Assembly: GCA_009602725.1 (NCBI GenBank)
Contig: WELB01000001.1
Coordinates: 1,625,824-1,689,823 of the forward strand
Reading direction: 5' to 3'
Length of the DNA: 64,000 nucleotides
Source: Spirogloea muscicola
Taxonomy: Eukaryota
The notes beneath the pieces are model-generated. The model was given only the letters and a program-made list of their open reading frames with translations, made no database searches and had not been told where the DNA came from. Made by a program: the position numbers and the translations under genes. Positions 29,224 through 43,061 of the stretch are shown piece by piece (positions within the stretch are counted from its first letter, which is position 1; every line of letters starts with the position of its first letter).

Positions 29224-30307
29224 GTTACCGGCGATGGCGAATGAAGAGGAGCTCCCTGTCCAGAGTAAGTTTGCTGCACATTTAACACAAAGAGGCGCCA
29301 CTGAGAATCGCAGATACAAGCCCCTGTATGTGTGGTGTTGAGAGTTTTAGCTTTAGAACGAGCACTGTGCTGAGGCGCTCCAGGCGCTTCAGGGTTCACT
29401 GTGTGCAGAAAAGGAACTCTCCATCAATGCTCGAAATAAGGGTGTGGTGTCAAGGATAAAAAAACCGGCTGGCTTTGCTCTGTGATGTGCGCAGTCAGAG
29501 CAACCTGCATAAACCATGCAGGCTTCTGACGCCCACATAGTCATTGATTTGTCTTGCCAGAAGGACTGCAGCAGCTGTCCCAGAGGGTGGCAAGTTCGCT
29601 ACTTGTAAGTTTTGCGGAGGCAGCTTACATCCTTGAGCATGCAGCAACTCGAGAATGGAGCTGAGGATGGCCTGCCCTGCCAATGGCAAAGAAAACGGCC
29701 TACGAGCAAGCATGAGCGTGAGGTCCCTGGTGATGTTTACTGGCAAGCAGGGGAAGGGCGACGTTGGTCCACATCCAACGCTATTGTAGCCAGGACCTTG
29801 CAGACCTGGTGGCTTTGCTAGGCGTCCTACACAGTACAAAGGACTCCCCATGGCAGCCTACCATAAATCTATGTCTGCTTCTTGATGTCTGAGCTGGGTA
29901 AATGCTACCTATAAGCTCCTTAATGAGGGGCTGCGCTGACCTTGCCTGCCTCTCCTCAGTAAGCTCAAAGCTTTGCACTCAGTCTTGCGTCTTTGCACAT
30001 TCCTTTTCCGTGCTCCAGTTTTGCTTGGTGAATATGGCCTTCCTGAATCTTCAGATGGTAATTATGGCCTTATTAAAGCTTCAGCCCACAGAGGTGATTT
30101 CACATGAGTCTTTTGGAACAGCTCAGACAGTTCCTGGCCTCCTAGGAGCTCTGAGGCTCGTGGACATCACCATGCTCGATAAATATTTCCCAAGTGTGCA
30201 AATGCTTACTGCCACTGGAAATCTATGCACTCGAGTTGGGAGTACATATCTTCCGTAATGAGCAGCCTTTGTATAAGATAAACAAGTGCGCAGATCCTAA
30301 ACTTGAT

Positions 30308-31787
30308 TCAGCCTGTGCAATGCGCAAGGCAGTCAAGCGTCGGGGTCGCTGGACAGCGGGGGCTGGCCTCGAAGCTGCTGTATAAGTGCCTCCTGTCGTT
30401 CCACCGGCAGCGCCTGGAACATGAATACCGACTTGTCGCCAATGTCGTCCTGCAGACAGCCAAGGCACACATATATTTTCGTACATAAGAAGCAGGCATT
30501 GCTTCACGTCGCTGTTAAGCTGGAGTGTGTGCGCGAACGTGCAGACCCGGGAGGAAAGATAGGCGACGACGGAGCACAGTGCTGACCTTGAGGGGTTGTG
30601 AGAATTTGCGTGCTGCAAAGACAGCAAAGAGGGCCATGCACACCGCCAGCAGGCCACGCTCCGCACCAGCATCCAGTCCGCCCGACTGCACAACACCGGC
30701 TCAGACGGCTCAGGTCTTTGTTCAGTACTCCCGCAGGCACATCAAAAGCTCGGCTGCTGGGCATCTCATGCGTGGCTCCTGCCTGTATCGTGTCTCTCCA
30801 GAGCTACATTGCTCTGAGGGTTCCAAAGGTCCGAAGCTACGACAGCGACATCGTGCAGGCTCTGCTGTGCACCAGGTGACCCAGCAGGAGCGAAGGGATG
30901 GCGAAGAATAGCAGCGCCGCCTCCAGCTTGCCATAGCAAAGCCCTGTCAGGGACGAGCACAGCAAGGTCCCGCTCAATCGTCTGAGCACATAGTCAGAGC
31001 TTCAGCTGCGTTGGCATTGAGAAAATGGTCTCGCCACAAGGCCAACATGCGATCCTACTTGCGTACATGCTTGCTAGCTGTGATAAGAGAGCGCCAGTGG
31101 TAGCGGCTGACTCTGGAACCTGGACGGAACCTCCACCTCAAGGCTTCCATAGTTGCGGAATCCTTCGCTACTGGTTCATAGTCCATGGAGGACGGCGCAC
31201 CTTCCTTGAAGACCAGGCCGGTGAGGGCGGCGAACAGGGGCCCGACGGCCCACACGGCGCCCGGGTGGCCGACGACGAACTGCACGAGGCCCTCGCCGGC
31301 CGGCGCGGCGAAGTTGGCGGCGGTGGCCGCCGAGCCGAGGGCGCCGACGAGCCAGAGGAGCTGCAGCGCGCGCTTGATGGGCGCGACGTAGATGTGCACA
31401 AGCGCCAGCGCGAGGCCGAGGCCCGCGGCGCCCGCCGCGAATGCCGCGTCCAGCGTNNNNNNNNNNNNNNNNNNNNNNNNNNNNNNNNNNNNNNNNNNNN
31501 NNNNNNNNNNNNNNNNNNNNNNNNNNNNNNNNNNNNNNNNNNNNNNNNNNNNNNNNNNNNNNNNNNNNNNNNNNNNNNNNNNNNNNNNNNNNNNNNNNNN
31601 NNNNNNNNNNNNNNNNNNNNNNNNNNNNNNNNNNNNNNNNNNNNNNNNNNNNNNNNNNNNNNNNNNNNNNNNNNNNNNNNNNNNNNNNNNNNNNNNNNNN
31701 NNNNNNNNNNNNNNNNNNNNNNNNNNNNNNNNCGGCGGCGGCGGCGGCGGCTGCGGCGGCGGCGGCGGCGGCTGCCGCGGCTGCCAT
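30308..31787 (-). CDS. DUF2301 integral membrane protein (plastid/cyanobacterial type), interrupted by an assembly gap
   Basis: LVHIYVAPIKRALQ..VGPLFAALTGLVFKE|GLCYGKLEA..LLLGHL; RKFSQPLK|DDIGDKSVF. Confidence 0.85.
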
Positions 31788-31814
31788 GGCTGGGGGAAGG
31801 AGCTGCAGTGGGGA

Positions 31815-32900
31815 ACACCTGTATGCATCTGGCTGGCAGTTTACAGCCGATTCTTTAATATCAGCAGCCGCATTTCTTTTTTTAGTGGGGCCCTTCCCGG
31901 TGGCTCGGTGCCTTTGTGGGTCTTGTGTCCTGCTACCGCATGCATTTGTCTATGTGCCTACAGCGGTCCCAGGCGATTGCTTTGCATCGCCGGGCTGGTC
32001 GCGCACTTGCAGCAGCCTCTGGTTTGCGCAGCGGGGTTGCTCTTCCTCCCCTCAGCTCCCTTTGGCTCCGTCATGAACACCTGTGTGCATCAGAAGAAAG
32101 TGCTCGCCCATTGAGGATAGGGGCTGGAAAAGCCAGCCCCAAAAAGGATGCACAAAGTACGAGAAGGGGGCCAGGGGAGCGCTAAGAAAAACAAGCACAC
32201 ACAGAAACAAAGCAGCTACGAATCACTCAGAGGGTATTCCAAAATGCACCTGCGCCAGACCAAGGAAGCGAGAGAGAAGGCGCGCGGTGCGCATGGAATG
32301 GAAAGTGAGGCCAATTTCAGCCTTACAACTGTCGTGTTACGGGGGGATGTGTGTATTACGAGATGGGGAGGTACGGGGTAACGAGCTAGCTACGGGGGGA
32401 CACTAGATCTCCCCGAGTGAGCACATGCATATCTGACAAGCTAAGCTGAGGAGCCGAACCACCATCACGGAAGCCATTAGCCTGGGCTAATGCACGCCCA
32501 GACGCTGGTGTATCGCAAGTGCCTGGGAGCGCTGTGGACTCAATGACAGCCGCGTTCTACAGCATGCAACGATGGCTTGCGGGACGCTCGAATGCCCTGA
32601 GCTACTCGCCCAACTACGTCGGCGGGCATCGACATGCAGAGCCAGGCGATGGAGGAGGGAAGAACACTTCGTTCCGTAGCAGCCGTACATGTCCATGGCG
32701 CATAGGAAGAAGTGGTCGCCCCCGGGGTGGTTCTTGTGGTGCCTCTCCTTCCTCTCCACATGATGTGGCTGCTGATATGGGGAAAGCGGCTGTGAAAGCC
32801 AGCCAGATGCACACATTAAGGTGTTCATGACGGAGCCACAGGCTACACAGCCAGGGCGCCCTCGATAGTTGCTCAGGCCGCCTTCCAAAGCCATGCATGA
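31815..32900. mobile_element. Cluster of CRE-like retrotransposon 3' fragments in both orientations
   Basis: RLE-tail remnants QRSQAIALHRRAGRALAAASG (+ strand, ~31960-32035) and 32487-32780 (- strand). The shared 3'-UTR hairpin modules are also present. Confidence 0.72.
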
Positions 32901-33515
32901 GAGCACACCTGCACTAACGGACTCCCTGCTCGGCTTGGCCCCTTTTAAGCGAGGACCTCACTGCCGTTGCCACATTGAACAGAGCGCCTATGTGCTACAG
33001 ACCACTACATTGCCGAGCTGAGCTATTTACCTTGTCAGTCTGCCAAAGCGTCCTTGACAAGCCATTCACGGGGTATCCAAGGCACCCCTTATTTCAGTCA
33101 AGAGCCAGTCCTTTGAATGTGACTTGCCCTATCCTGGACAACCCCCTCTTGCTGGCAGCGGTAGTTCTTGTGAGGTGGTAATGCAGAGGGCAACACACTG
33201 CGCAGGCATCCAAACATGCTTCTGGGACTGGCAGGATCGAGCAGTGCTCCTTCGAGACCAAAAGTGAAGAGATATTATTCATCCATATCAAGGGCAGCCC
33301 AGGCGACCATCAGGGCTACCTGCAGCTTGTGAAGGCATCATCTCCTCTTTAACATGCTCATTTGCCACAGCGGAGCATGCTTGGACCTCCCTGGGCCAAG
33401 CAAGGAGTGTGCACCGGTGCAGGTTTTGCCTGCCTGCTCTATACCTCAAAAGAGGCGCATGGCTTGAAGAACGGTACTGCACTTTAGGATGGGCCCAAGA
33501 CTTGAGGGAAGCTTG

Positions 33516-36694
<3,179 letters not shown>

Positions 36695-37104
36695 GGTCGC
36701 CGACGCCGCCGCCAAACGCGCCGCCGTGCGCCGCGAGCCGCAGGCGGGGCAATGCCGAGCTAAGCGAGCGGCGATCGGGAGATCCTACCGCCGCCGCCGC
36801 CACTGCCGCTGGTTTCGAGGCGGTGATATGGGGAGCCCGCGCGAGAGTGAGCGGGCAGGGGCTTTTTGTCTCTCCCCAGCAGCAGCTCAAGCGTGTGACC
36901 AGCGCCTCGCCGCGGAGGAGGGGGGAGCACCTGCCACTTTGGAGGCGGCCGCTCCAAAGTGGCGATCCATGTCGCGGTGCCACATGGCGGACGCGCCGCA
37001 CGCCGGCTGGCTGGGGCGCCCGCCACGGCCAGCAGCATTGGCGAGAAAGCGGCCTTCTGCCCGACAAGTGAAGCTTTATCAGCAAGGGCTCGCCGATCGA
37101 GAAG

Positions 37105-37705
37105 GAAGGGAGGCCAATTTCTAGGCCACTACGTTGTTTAGGCAAAACGAGTGGTGCAAATTCAATGCTACATGAAACGAAGCCCTATGCCAAGGTGGCA
37201 AAGTAGCAGTGTGATATTGTTATCCACGGGTGAGTACATACATTTTCGACAAGCTAACTTGGGGAGCCGGACAGCCGCCACGGAAGCCGGTGGCCTGACT
37301 TTGTAGCAGCTCGAGAGAGAAGAATCTTTATCATTTGCTAGGCTGGCCTTTCGCCCATCGCCCTCCTTCGTCAGGAGGTCAGCCTGGGGCATACTAGCAT
37401 CCGCAGGTGTAAGCTGCTATGTTACCGATTGCGGCGTTTTGCTAGATATGCAGCGCTCCCAAGCGTTGGCCACACATCAGCATGCTGAGCGCGGTCTAAG
37501 AGGCCACTGGCTTCCGTAGCGGTGCTCGAGCTCCCCAAGTTAGCTTGTCAAATCTGTATGTGCTCACTCGTGGATAATACAGTTCTCCTTCAGCTGGTTA
37601 TTCTGCAGTCACCTTAGCCCCCTTACATAGGGATTCGCTTCATGTAGCCCCATTCTTTGCACTAGCTTTTGCCTGCACATGTACTGGGCTTGATTTGGCC
37701 TCCCT
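37105..37705. mobile_element. Two inverted copies of a retroelement 3'-end module
   Basis: 37105-37296 is approximately the reverse complement of 37501-37705 (e.g. gacaagctaacttggggagc / gctccccaagttagcttgtc). Confidence 0.78.
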
Positions 37706-38504
37706 CACACATCATGCGCACTTTTGGGATGAAATTTCTTAGTTGAGTAAGGATGCCGGCCTTCTGCAGAGCAGTTCACACCTGGTCCATTGGTGGCTCC
37801 CCCGTCGTTCCCTTGGTGCAATAGCTCAACTTGGCCTTTCAAAGAATGCGCACTGGCTCGACTTGGCTATTTCAATCCATGCGCATTCCAAGGGGTGTTG
37901 GGGAGCCTAACCTATGACATCCTTCATTAATGTCATTGTAGAGGTTCGCTTTGACCAGCCATAACCGTGTGTTCTTTCGGATACTGCCCCTCTTGTTCCC
38001 TCAAGTAACGGCGGAGAGGAAGGAATGCCACTAAAGCTTGATGAGAGCAAATGCAATGGCGCATGTTGGTGGCAGGAATGGGGTGTGCATTGAATGATGG
38101 AGGGCCTGACTGGCCAGGTACACAGGCAAGCACATTGACAGATGTACATCATCTGCTGCTAAGCTGACCCGCTCAGTAACCACGAGTTAGCACGTAGAGG
38201 TCGCTAACTGATGCCCGACCATCGACCCGTCAATCACAAGCTCTTGTGCCACCGATTAAGGCTCGACCAGCTTTCTGGTGCAAAGCATGAGCGTGAGCTC
38301 GCTGCCAACGGGCTGACACATGACGTTGCAAAAATGACAAAGGCTGCTGGCATGCCCATTCTGGGCTGGAAGTATATCCTCACGTCGTGCATATCCTAGA
38401 CTTGCGATGTTCTCAAGTACACTACGAAACCGGAGGACCCATGCAGCCAAAGGTGTCAATTTGCGGCTGGTAGAAAGTGATCACTGAGGGGTAGTCCTCC
38501 GCGG

Positions 38505-38682
38505 GGGACATCTGCTCACTTGTGGGTACTAATGTCACACTGTTACCTTAGCTATAGTAACATAGGGCTTCGTCTCATGTAGCCTTGTTTTTGAGAAGGC
38601 TACATGACAACATTCTGCTTGAGAATGTACTGGCTTGAATTGGCCCTTCCGTTTCATGCGCACCGCGCGCCTTCTCCCTCAG
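38505..38682 (+). mobile_element. Further retroelement 3'-end fragment
   Basis: tgctcacttgtgggtactaatgtca..tagggcttcgtctcatgtagc..ggcttgaattggcccttcc..catgcgcaccgcgcgccttctc is the reverse-complement homolog of 59700-59860. Confidence 0.72.
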
Positions 38683-39456
38683 TCAGAGTAGTGCTGCAGC
38701 CTTCTCTGCTTTGCACTTCCCACTGCGTTTCCAGCAATGTGGGTCGATGCTGGACTCTTGTACGTCTCCGTCACGACCACATTGACCAAAGCTCATGGGC
38801 CTCCGCCAGGTTGTACACCTACAATGTCTAAGGTGCGACGGTGATGGCATCCCTGAGGGTGGGAGGGGGAGACTGGAGGTCGGAGGGCAAGAAGAGGGCG
38901 TTTGGGAGCTATCGTGCTCTGTTACAATGATTGGATACATTAATAAACCAGACCAGCAGTGATCATTGTTGGAAAACACCTCTCGTTGGCCAACTGATTG
39001 AGCAACTAGGTGCAACACCGAGGTGGAGTAAGGCTGAATGAATACCCAGAACATTTGAAGCACAAACGCATGAATCTCTGTATGTGTATGTGTAACGAGC
39101 ACAAGCATTTAGAGCTTCATAAGCTCCAATTGTTCAACATTGTTCTTCTTGTGTGATTAGCCGATTTGATGTTTGTCAGATCAATCTTTCTGGGCAATCG
39201 TCTATATCTTCTCTTGTGGTCAAGGGATGGCCAGCTACTTTGCATGTACTAAAATGATTGACTTTATGCACAAGCGTATCAGAACCAGGCTACGGCGCGA
39301 AATGTTCAAACGACCCTACACCTTGTCACTCCTTGTCATGGAACGATATGACCCACGCCTCAATCGGGAGGTTAGGCCGAAACAGGTGGGGGGCCTGCTG
39401 TGGTGTCCTGCTTGTTTTTTGCTCATTGGGAACCCCCCCGCTGGGGAGTTGGTGGG

Positions 39457-39651
39457 TGGGGTGTGCCCTCCCCGGAAGTAGTGCAATACCGGGGCGACGC
39501 TGGCGGGCCCGAGCAGCAAGCTACCCCTGTGGGTCCCGCCCCCCCGAAAAATTAGATTAATATCATGTGACCCGATGGGTCACGTATCAGATATTAAACT
39601 GATAAGAACAGATACTACACTTGATCTTAGCCAAAAGGCCGAGAAAGGTAT
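39457..39651 (-). ncRNA. U2: U2 spliceosomal snRNA
   Basis: The minus strand reads ATACCTTTCTCGGCCTTTTGGCTAAGATCAAGTGTAGTATCTGTTCTTATCAGTTTAATATCTGATA.., with Sm site AATTTTT and loop IV ATTGCACT. Confidence 0.98.
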
Positions 39652-39715
39652 ATTTGTGCCTTGCAAGCGGGGGGTTTAAGTAGTGGTTGGGTTGGGTGGT
39701 GCGTTGCCCGCTCCG

Positions 39716-39730
39716 CGACATGGGATTAAA
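39716..39730 (-). promoter_or_regulatory. USE element of the U2 promoter
   Basis: TTTAATCCCATGTCG on the minus strand resembles the plant USE RTCCCACATCG. Its TCCCA begins 74 nt upstream of the U2 start. Confidence 0.8.
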
Positions 39731-39921
39731 CGGCGGGCTGTGGAGTTCCAAGATCCACGACCTTGACGTGCTTTAGAACACGGGCGAACGCTACGGCGTA
39801 CATCCCTGTATAACGTGTACATCCAAGAAGCGAGTCTCTTACCTTTAAGCGGAGGCTGGAATTGTGGCGGCGCGCGCCCCGAGGGGTATCCCCACCCGTC
39901 CATCTTGAGTCGAGGAGAAGA

Positions 39922-39935
39922 TTTATCCCACGGCG
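39922..39935 (+). promoter_or_regulatory. Second, oppositely oriented USE-like element
   Basis: TTTATCCCACGGCG. Its TCCCA at 39926 is 72 nt upstream of an ATCTT start at 39998. Confidence 0.55.
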
Positions 39936-39997
39936 TCCGTCATAAGTACCGCGGCTATTCTAACGCGTCATGCCGCTTCCTCGGCATTTCTAGCTTC

Positions 39998-40607
39998 ATC
40001 TTCTGAGGAAACAGATACCAATTTTCGGAACCGTCAGCACGTCTTGAGCACGGGCCAGGCGGCGGGGGAGGGCCGTCACTGGCGCGCCGCCGTGGCCACG
40101 TCGGCATCTAGGGCGTCGGCGTCGACGCGACAGAGCGGGCGTGCCCCGTCGGATTCGCGTCGGCGTCCCGTCGGTGGTCCCGGCTGCGACGTCCTCGTCG
40201 CGTCCCGGCCCGAAAGGCGGCTGGGTCGTCCCCCGGCGCCGGGATGCCCTAACTCGTCGGCCCTTGACCTTAGGAATCCAGAACTCCGGCTGCCAAGAGG
40301 GTGGGGAGAAGAGGGAATGCCGCGTCCGCCGCCCCCGCCGCGGGCCGGGCTTCCGGGAAGCTGGGGTAGCGGCCGCCAGGTGGCCCGCCGCACGCGGAGC
40401 CCGAAAAGGGGGTCCCGCCGAAAAATCCACGACTCCGCAGATCGGAGGCGGATGATCGATGGCGCCCCGCAGACTTCTCGCCAGTGGCTCCCGCTCCGAC
40501 ATACTCATGAACTACGCCCGCTGTGGGCACCTGGCCGGCCGTTCACAGTCCATTGTCAGATTGTTTTTGGGCATTCTGTCACAGCCCTCAGCCCCGTTGT
40601 GAGAGCT
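39998..40607 (+). ncRNA. Candidate unidentified structured snRNA-like RNA
   Basis: USE-like element at U2-like spacing, several long helices, a GAAA tetraloop, a U-rich Sm-like site (40560-40570) and a terminal hairpin. No credible protein ORF. Confidence 0.5.
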
Positions 40608-40752
40608 ATTTTCTTCCTTTCCTCCGCGCGCCTTCCCATCAACAGCCTCTCTTTGGACATCGGCAGCCACGTTACTTCTCATTCCCCATACCAGGGCCTG
40701 TCTTACCCCCTGCCGCCGTCGCCGCCGCCGCCGCCGCCGGTTGCGCCCGCAA

Positions 40753-40783
<31 letters not shown>

Positions 40784-40883
40784 ATGGGCCTGCTGTCGAA
40801 CCGCGTCGCGGAGGCGGACTTGGCGCCCGGCGACCACATCTACTCGTGGCGCCGGGGCTACCTGTACGCCCACCACGGTGAGC

Positions 40884-40917
<34 letters not shown>

Positions 40918-42189
40918 AAATCTCTTGCGTGGAGTATGTAGCGAGCCTATGTATAGAGGACAATGAAGCGCACCAGAACCCGCGGTTTCGCTTGTGCAGC
41001 CGCCAGCACGCTCGCTGGCAATGATGCTGGCATGACCGCCGCCTCAAAGATAGCCGTTTTGCTCTTGGTAGCCGCTTGGCTGTCGTTTGCCGCCACAGCA
41101 GGAGTGGCTGCCAGAGGCGAGCAAGCAGCGCAGCGTAGCGGGCCTGCACAGGATGCGCCGCAACTGTTGCCGGCGCCGCCCAACACTCGCCTTCCTGGTC
41201 ATGGACCTCACTGCGTTAAGCGCGCACTGGTTTCATAGGGATCTATGTTGGCGGCGGCCGCGTGATTCACTTCACGCGCGGGCGGGACCGCGAGCTGGGC
41301 ACCGGCACGCGCCTGGACGTCATGTTCGCCAGCTCCGCGCCGCCGGCGGCCGAGAACGCCATGTGCGCCGCCTGTGGCCTGCACGGCCTGAGCCACGGCG
41401 TCGTCGACTCCTGCCTCGCCTGCTTCCTCTCCGGCTGCCCGCTCTACCGCTACGCCTACTCGGCCGACGTCCTCAGCTTCCTGGGCAAGCGCGGCGGCAC
41501 CTGCTCGCTCACGGCGGCGCACGGTGCGGAGGCCACCGTGCGCCGCGCGCGCTGCCTCCTCGCCCACGGCTTCGGCGAGTACCAGCTGTTTGACAACAAC
41601 TGCGAGGACTTTGCCGTCTACTGCAAGACGGAGCTCCTGGTGCTGCCGGACCGCACGCGGCTCGGCGGCAGCGCCCAGGCGGCGTCCATCATCGGCGCCT
41701 TCCACTCTGCGGCGCTGTCCGCGCCCGCCCGCATGCTCACCGCCTCTGGCCCCGCCGTGTCGCTCGCCCTCGTCGCCGGCTTCTACTACTGGGGAAGGTC
41801 TGCTCTCACCCATACATTTTAACCCATTTTCCTCCGAGGCTATTGCTGATGCAATGCTATCTGCTTAGAGAATGCAATCCTTAATTTCACACATTGAGGT
41901 GGCATATCTCCTGACGGCCAGTTGCTGCTGCCCCCCACCCGTCTGCCACAGAGTTGCGCACGACATAGGTGTGCGGAAGGATGCTGTGCGGCTGCCGGTG
42001 GAGGAGCTGGTCGAGAACCTCAAGCTTGCCCAGCACTCGGCCCAGGAGGCGGCCGCCCTCCGCGTGGTCGGCACAGCCGCGGCCCTGCTGGCCACCGAGG
42101 CTCGCCAGGTGTACCTCCTTGACGCCCCTCCGGCTTGTCCGCCACATTCCAACAACGTGGATTTGACCACCGAGCTGGCCACTGCATAG
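40784..42189 (+). CDS. LRAT/NC-domain protein (NlpC/P60-like), 3 exons
   Basis: MGLLSNRV..PGDHIYSWR..YAHHG|IYVGGGRVIHFT; YQLFDNNCEDFAVYCKT; DIGVRKDAVRLPVEEL. Confidence 0.92.
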
Positions 42190-43061
42190 GAGATCTAACA
42201 TGTGCACACCTGCAAGGAAATTGCACATTATGTGGCACTTTGACAAGCTTATCTCAAGGCTTTCTAAGGTTTACATGGGTCACTTCTTAAGGTGGTCATG
42301 ACGCTTGACGCACACGATCTGCAATATTGTGTAAATACTTACAACCCAGCAAAGTTGCAGAGTGGACATTTTGGTACCGTGATGCCGCTGACTCTAGCCG
42401 GCTGCCATTTTCTTTGTTTGAACAGTAGACCATTTTCCAGCTTATTGTTTGGGGTATGTTGCCCCCTGCTTTCACTGGATAAGCAGTAGTGTTAGAGATA
42501 TTCCTACGAACTGACTATAGAGAGAAGAAATATGTTTGCCATGCAGTGATGCATATGCAAATTCCTTCCTAGATCACTTCTTCGTGAACATGATGCACAT
42601 GTTTTACTGGCAGAGTGTAACAGGTGTTTCAACTAACGTTATCAGCTTTTGCATGAGAGCTCATGCAAAAGCTGCACAAGCAGGAGACGGAAGCTACATC
42701 AGTTTCATGCATGGTCTTGGTTTCATGCTTCAGAAGCGTGGCGCAAGGTTCCCGGATGCTAAGTGCAGGCATAGGTATACTCGTTAGGAGGCTGGGGCAC
42801 GCATTGCATGTGCCAAATTCAGAACAATTTTACAGAAGCGGCACAACCAGGCAGCAAAGAGGCTAAGCTTGGAGAATGTCAAGCAAGGTGGATGCTACAC
42901 CCAGATACACTGAGCTTGTCCGATAAAATGGGGAAGCCGCTAGGCAGAATGGGGGTGGGTCAGGATGGCTACACCCTCGTCCGAAGCTGCCCTGCCGATG
43001 TATGATCGACAAGTTGCTGGTTTGAGGGGCGAGTTTCATGAAGAATTTGCAACTAGATGCA

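Noticed and set aside
38850..39390. Possible hAT transposase remnant (DFMHKRIRTRL)
   Set aside because: Only a faint resemblance to the hAT C-terminal motif, with no terminal repeats or other motifs. It cannot be supported without a profile search.
39998..40607. Candidate RNA as telomerase RNA
   Set aside because: There is no template for TTTAGGG (no CTAAACCCT-like stretch). The only similar motif, CCCTAAC at 40247, is short and lies within a predicted helix.
40501..40607. Separate U1-like small RNA starting ATACTCA at 40501
   Set aside because: It lacks ACTTACCTG and the U1 loop motifs, its upstream USE match is poor, and the segment pairs better with 40369-40388.
40044..41024. 326-aa ORF and overlapping ORFs across the GC-rich region
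   Set aside because: These are Arg/Pro/Ala-rich translations with non-ATG starts and no recognisable domain, as expected by chance in high-GC DNA.
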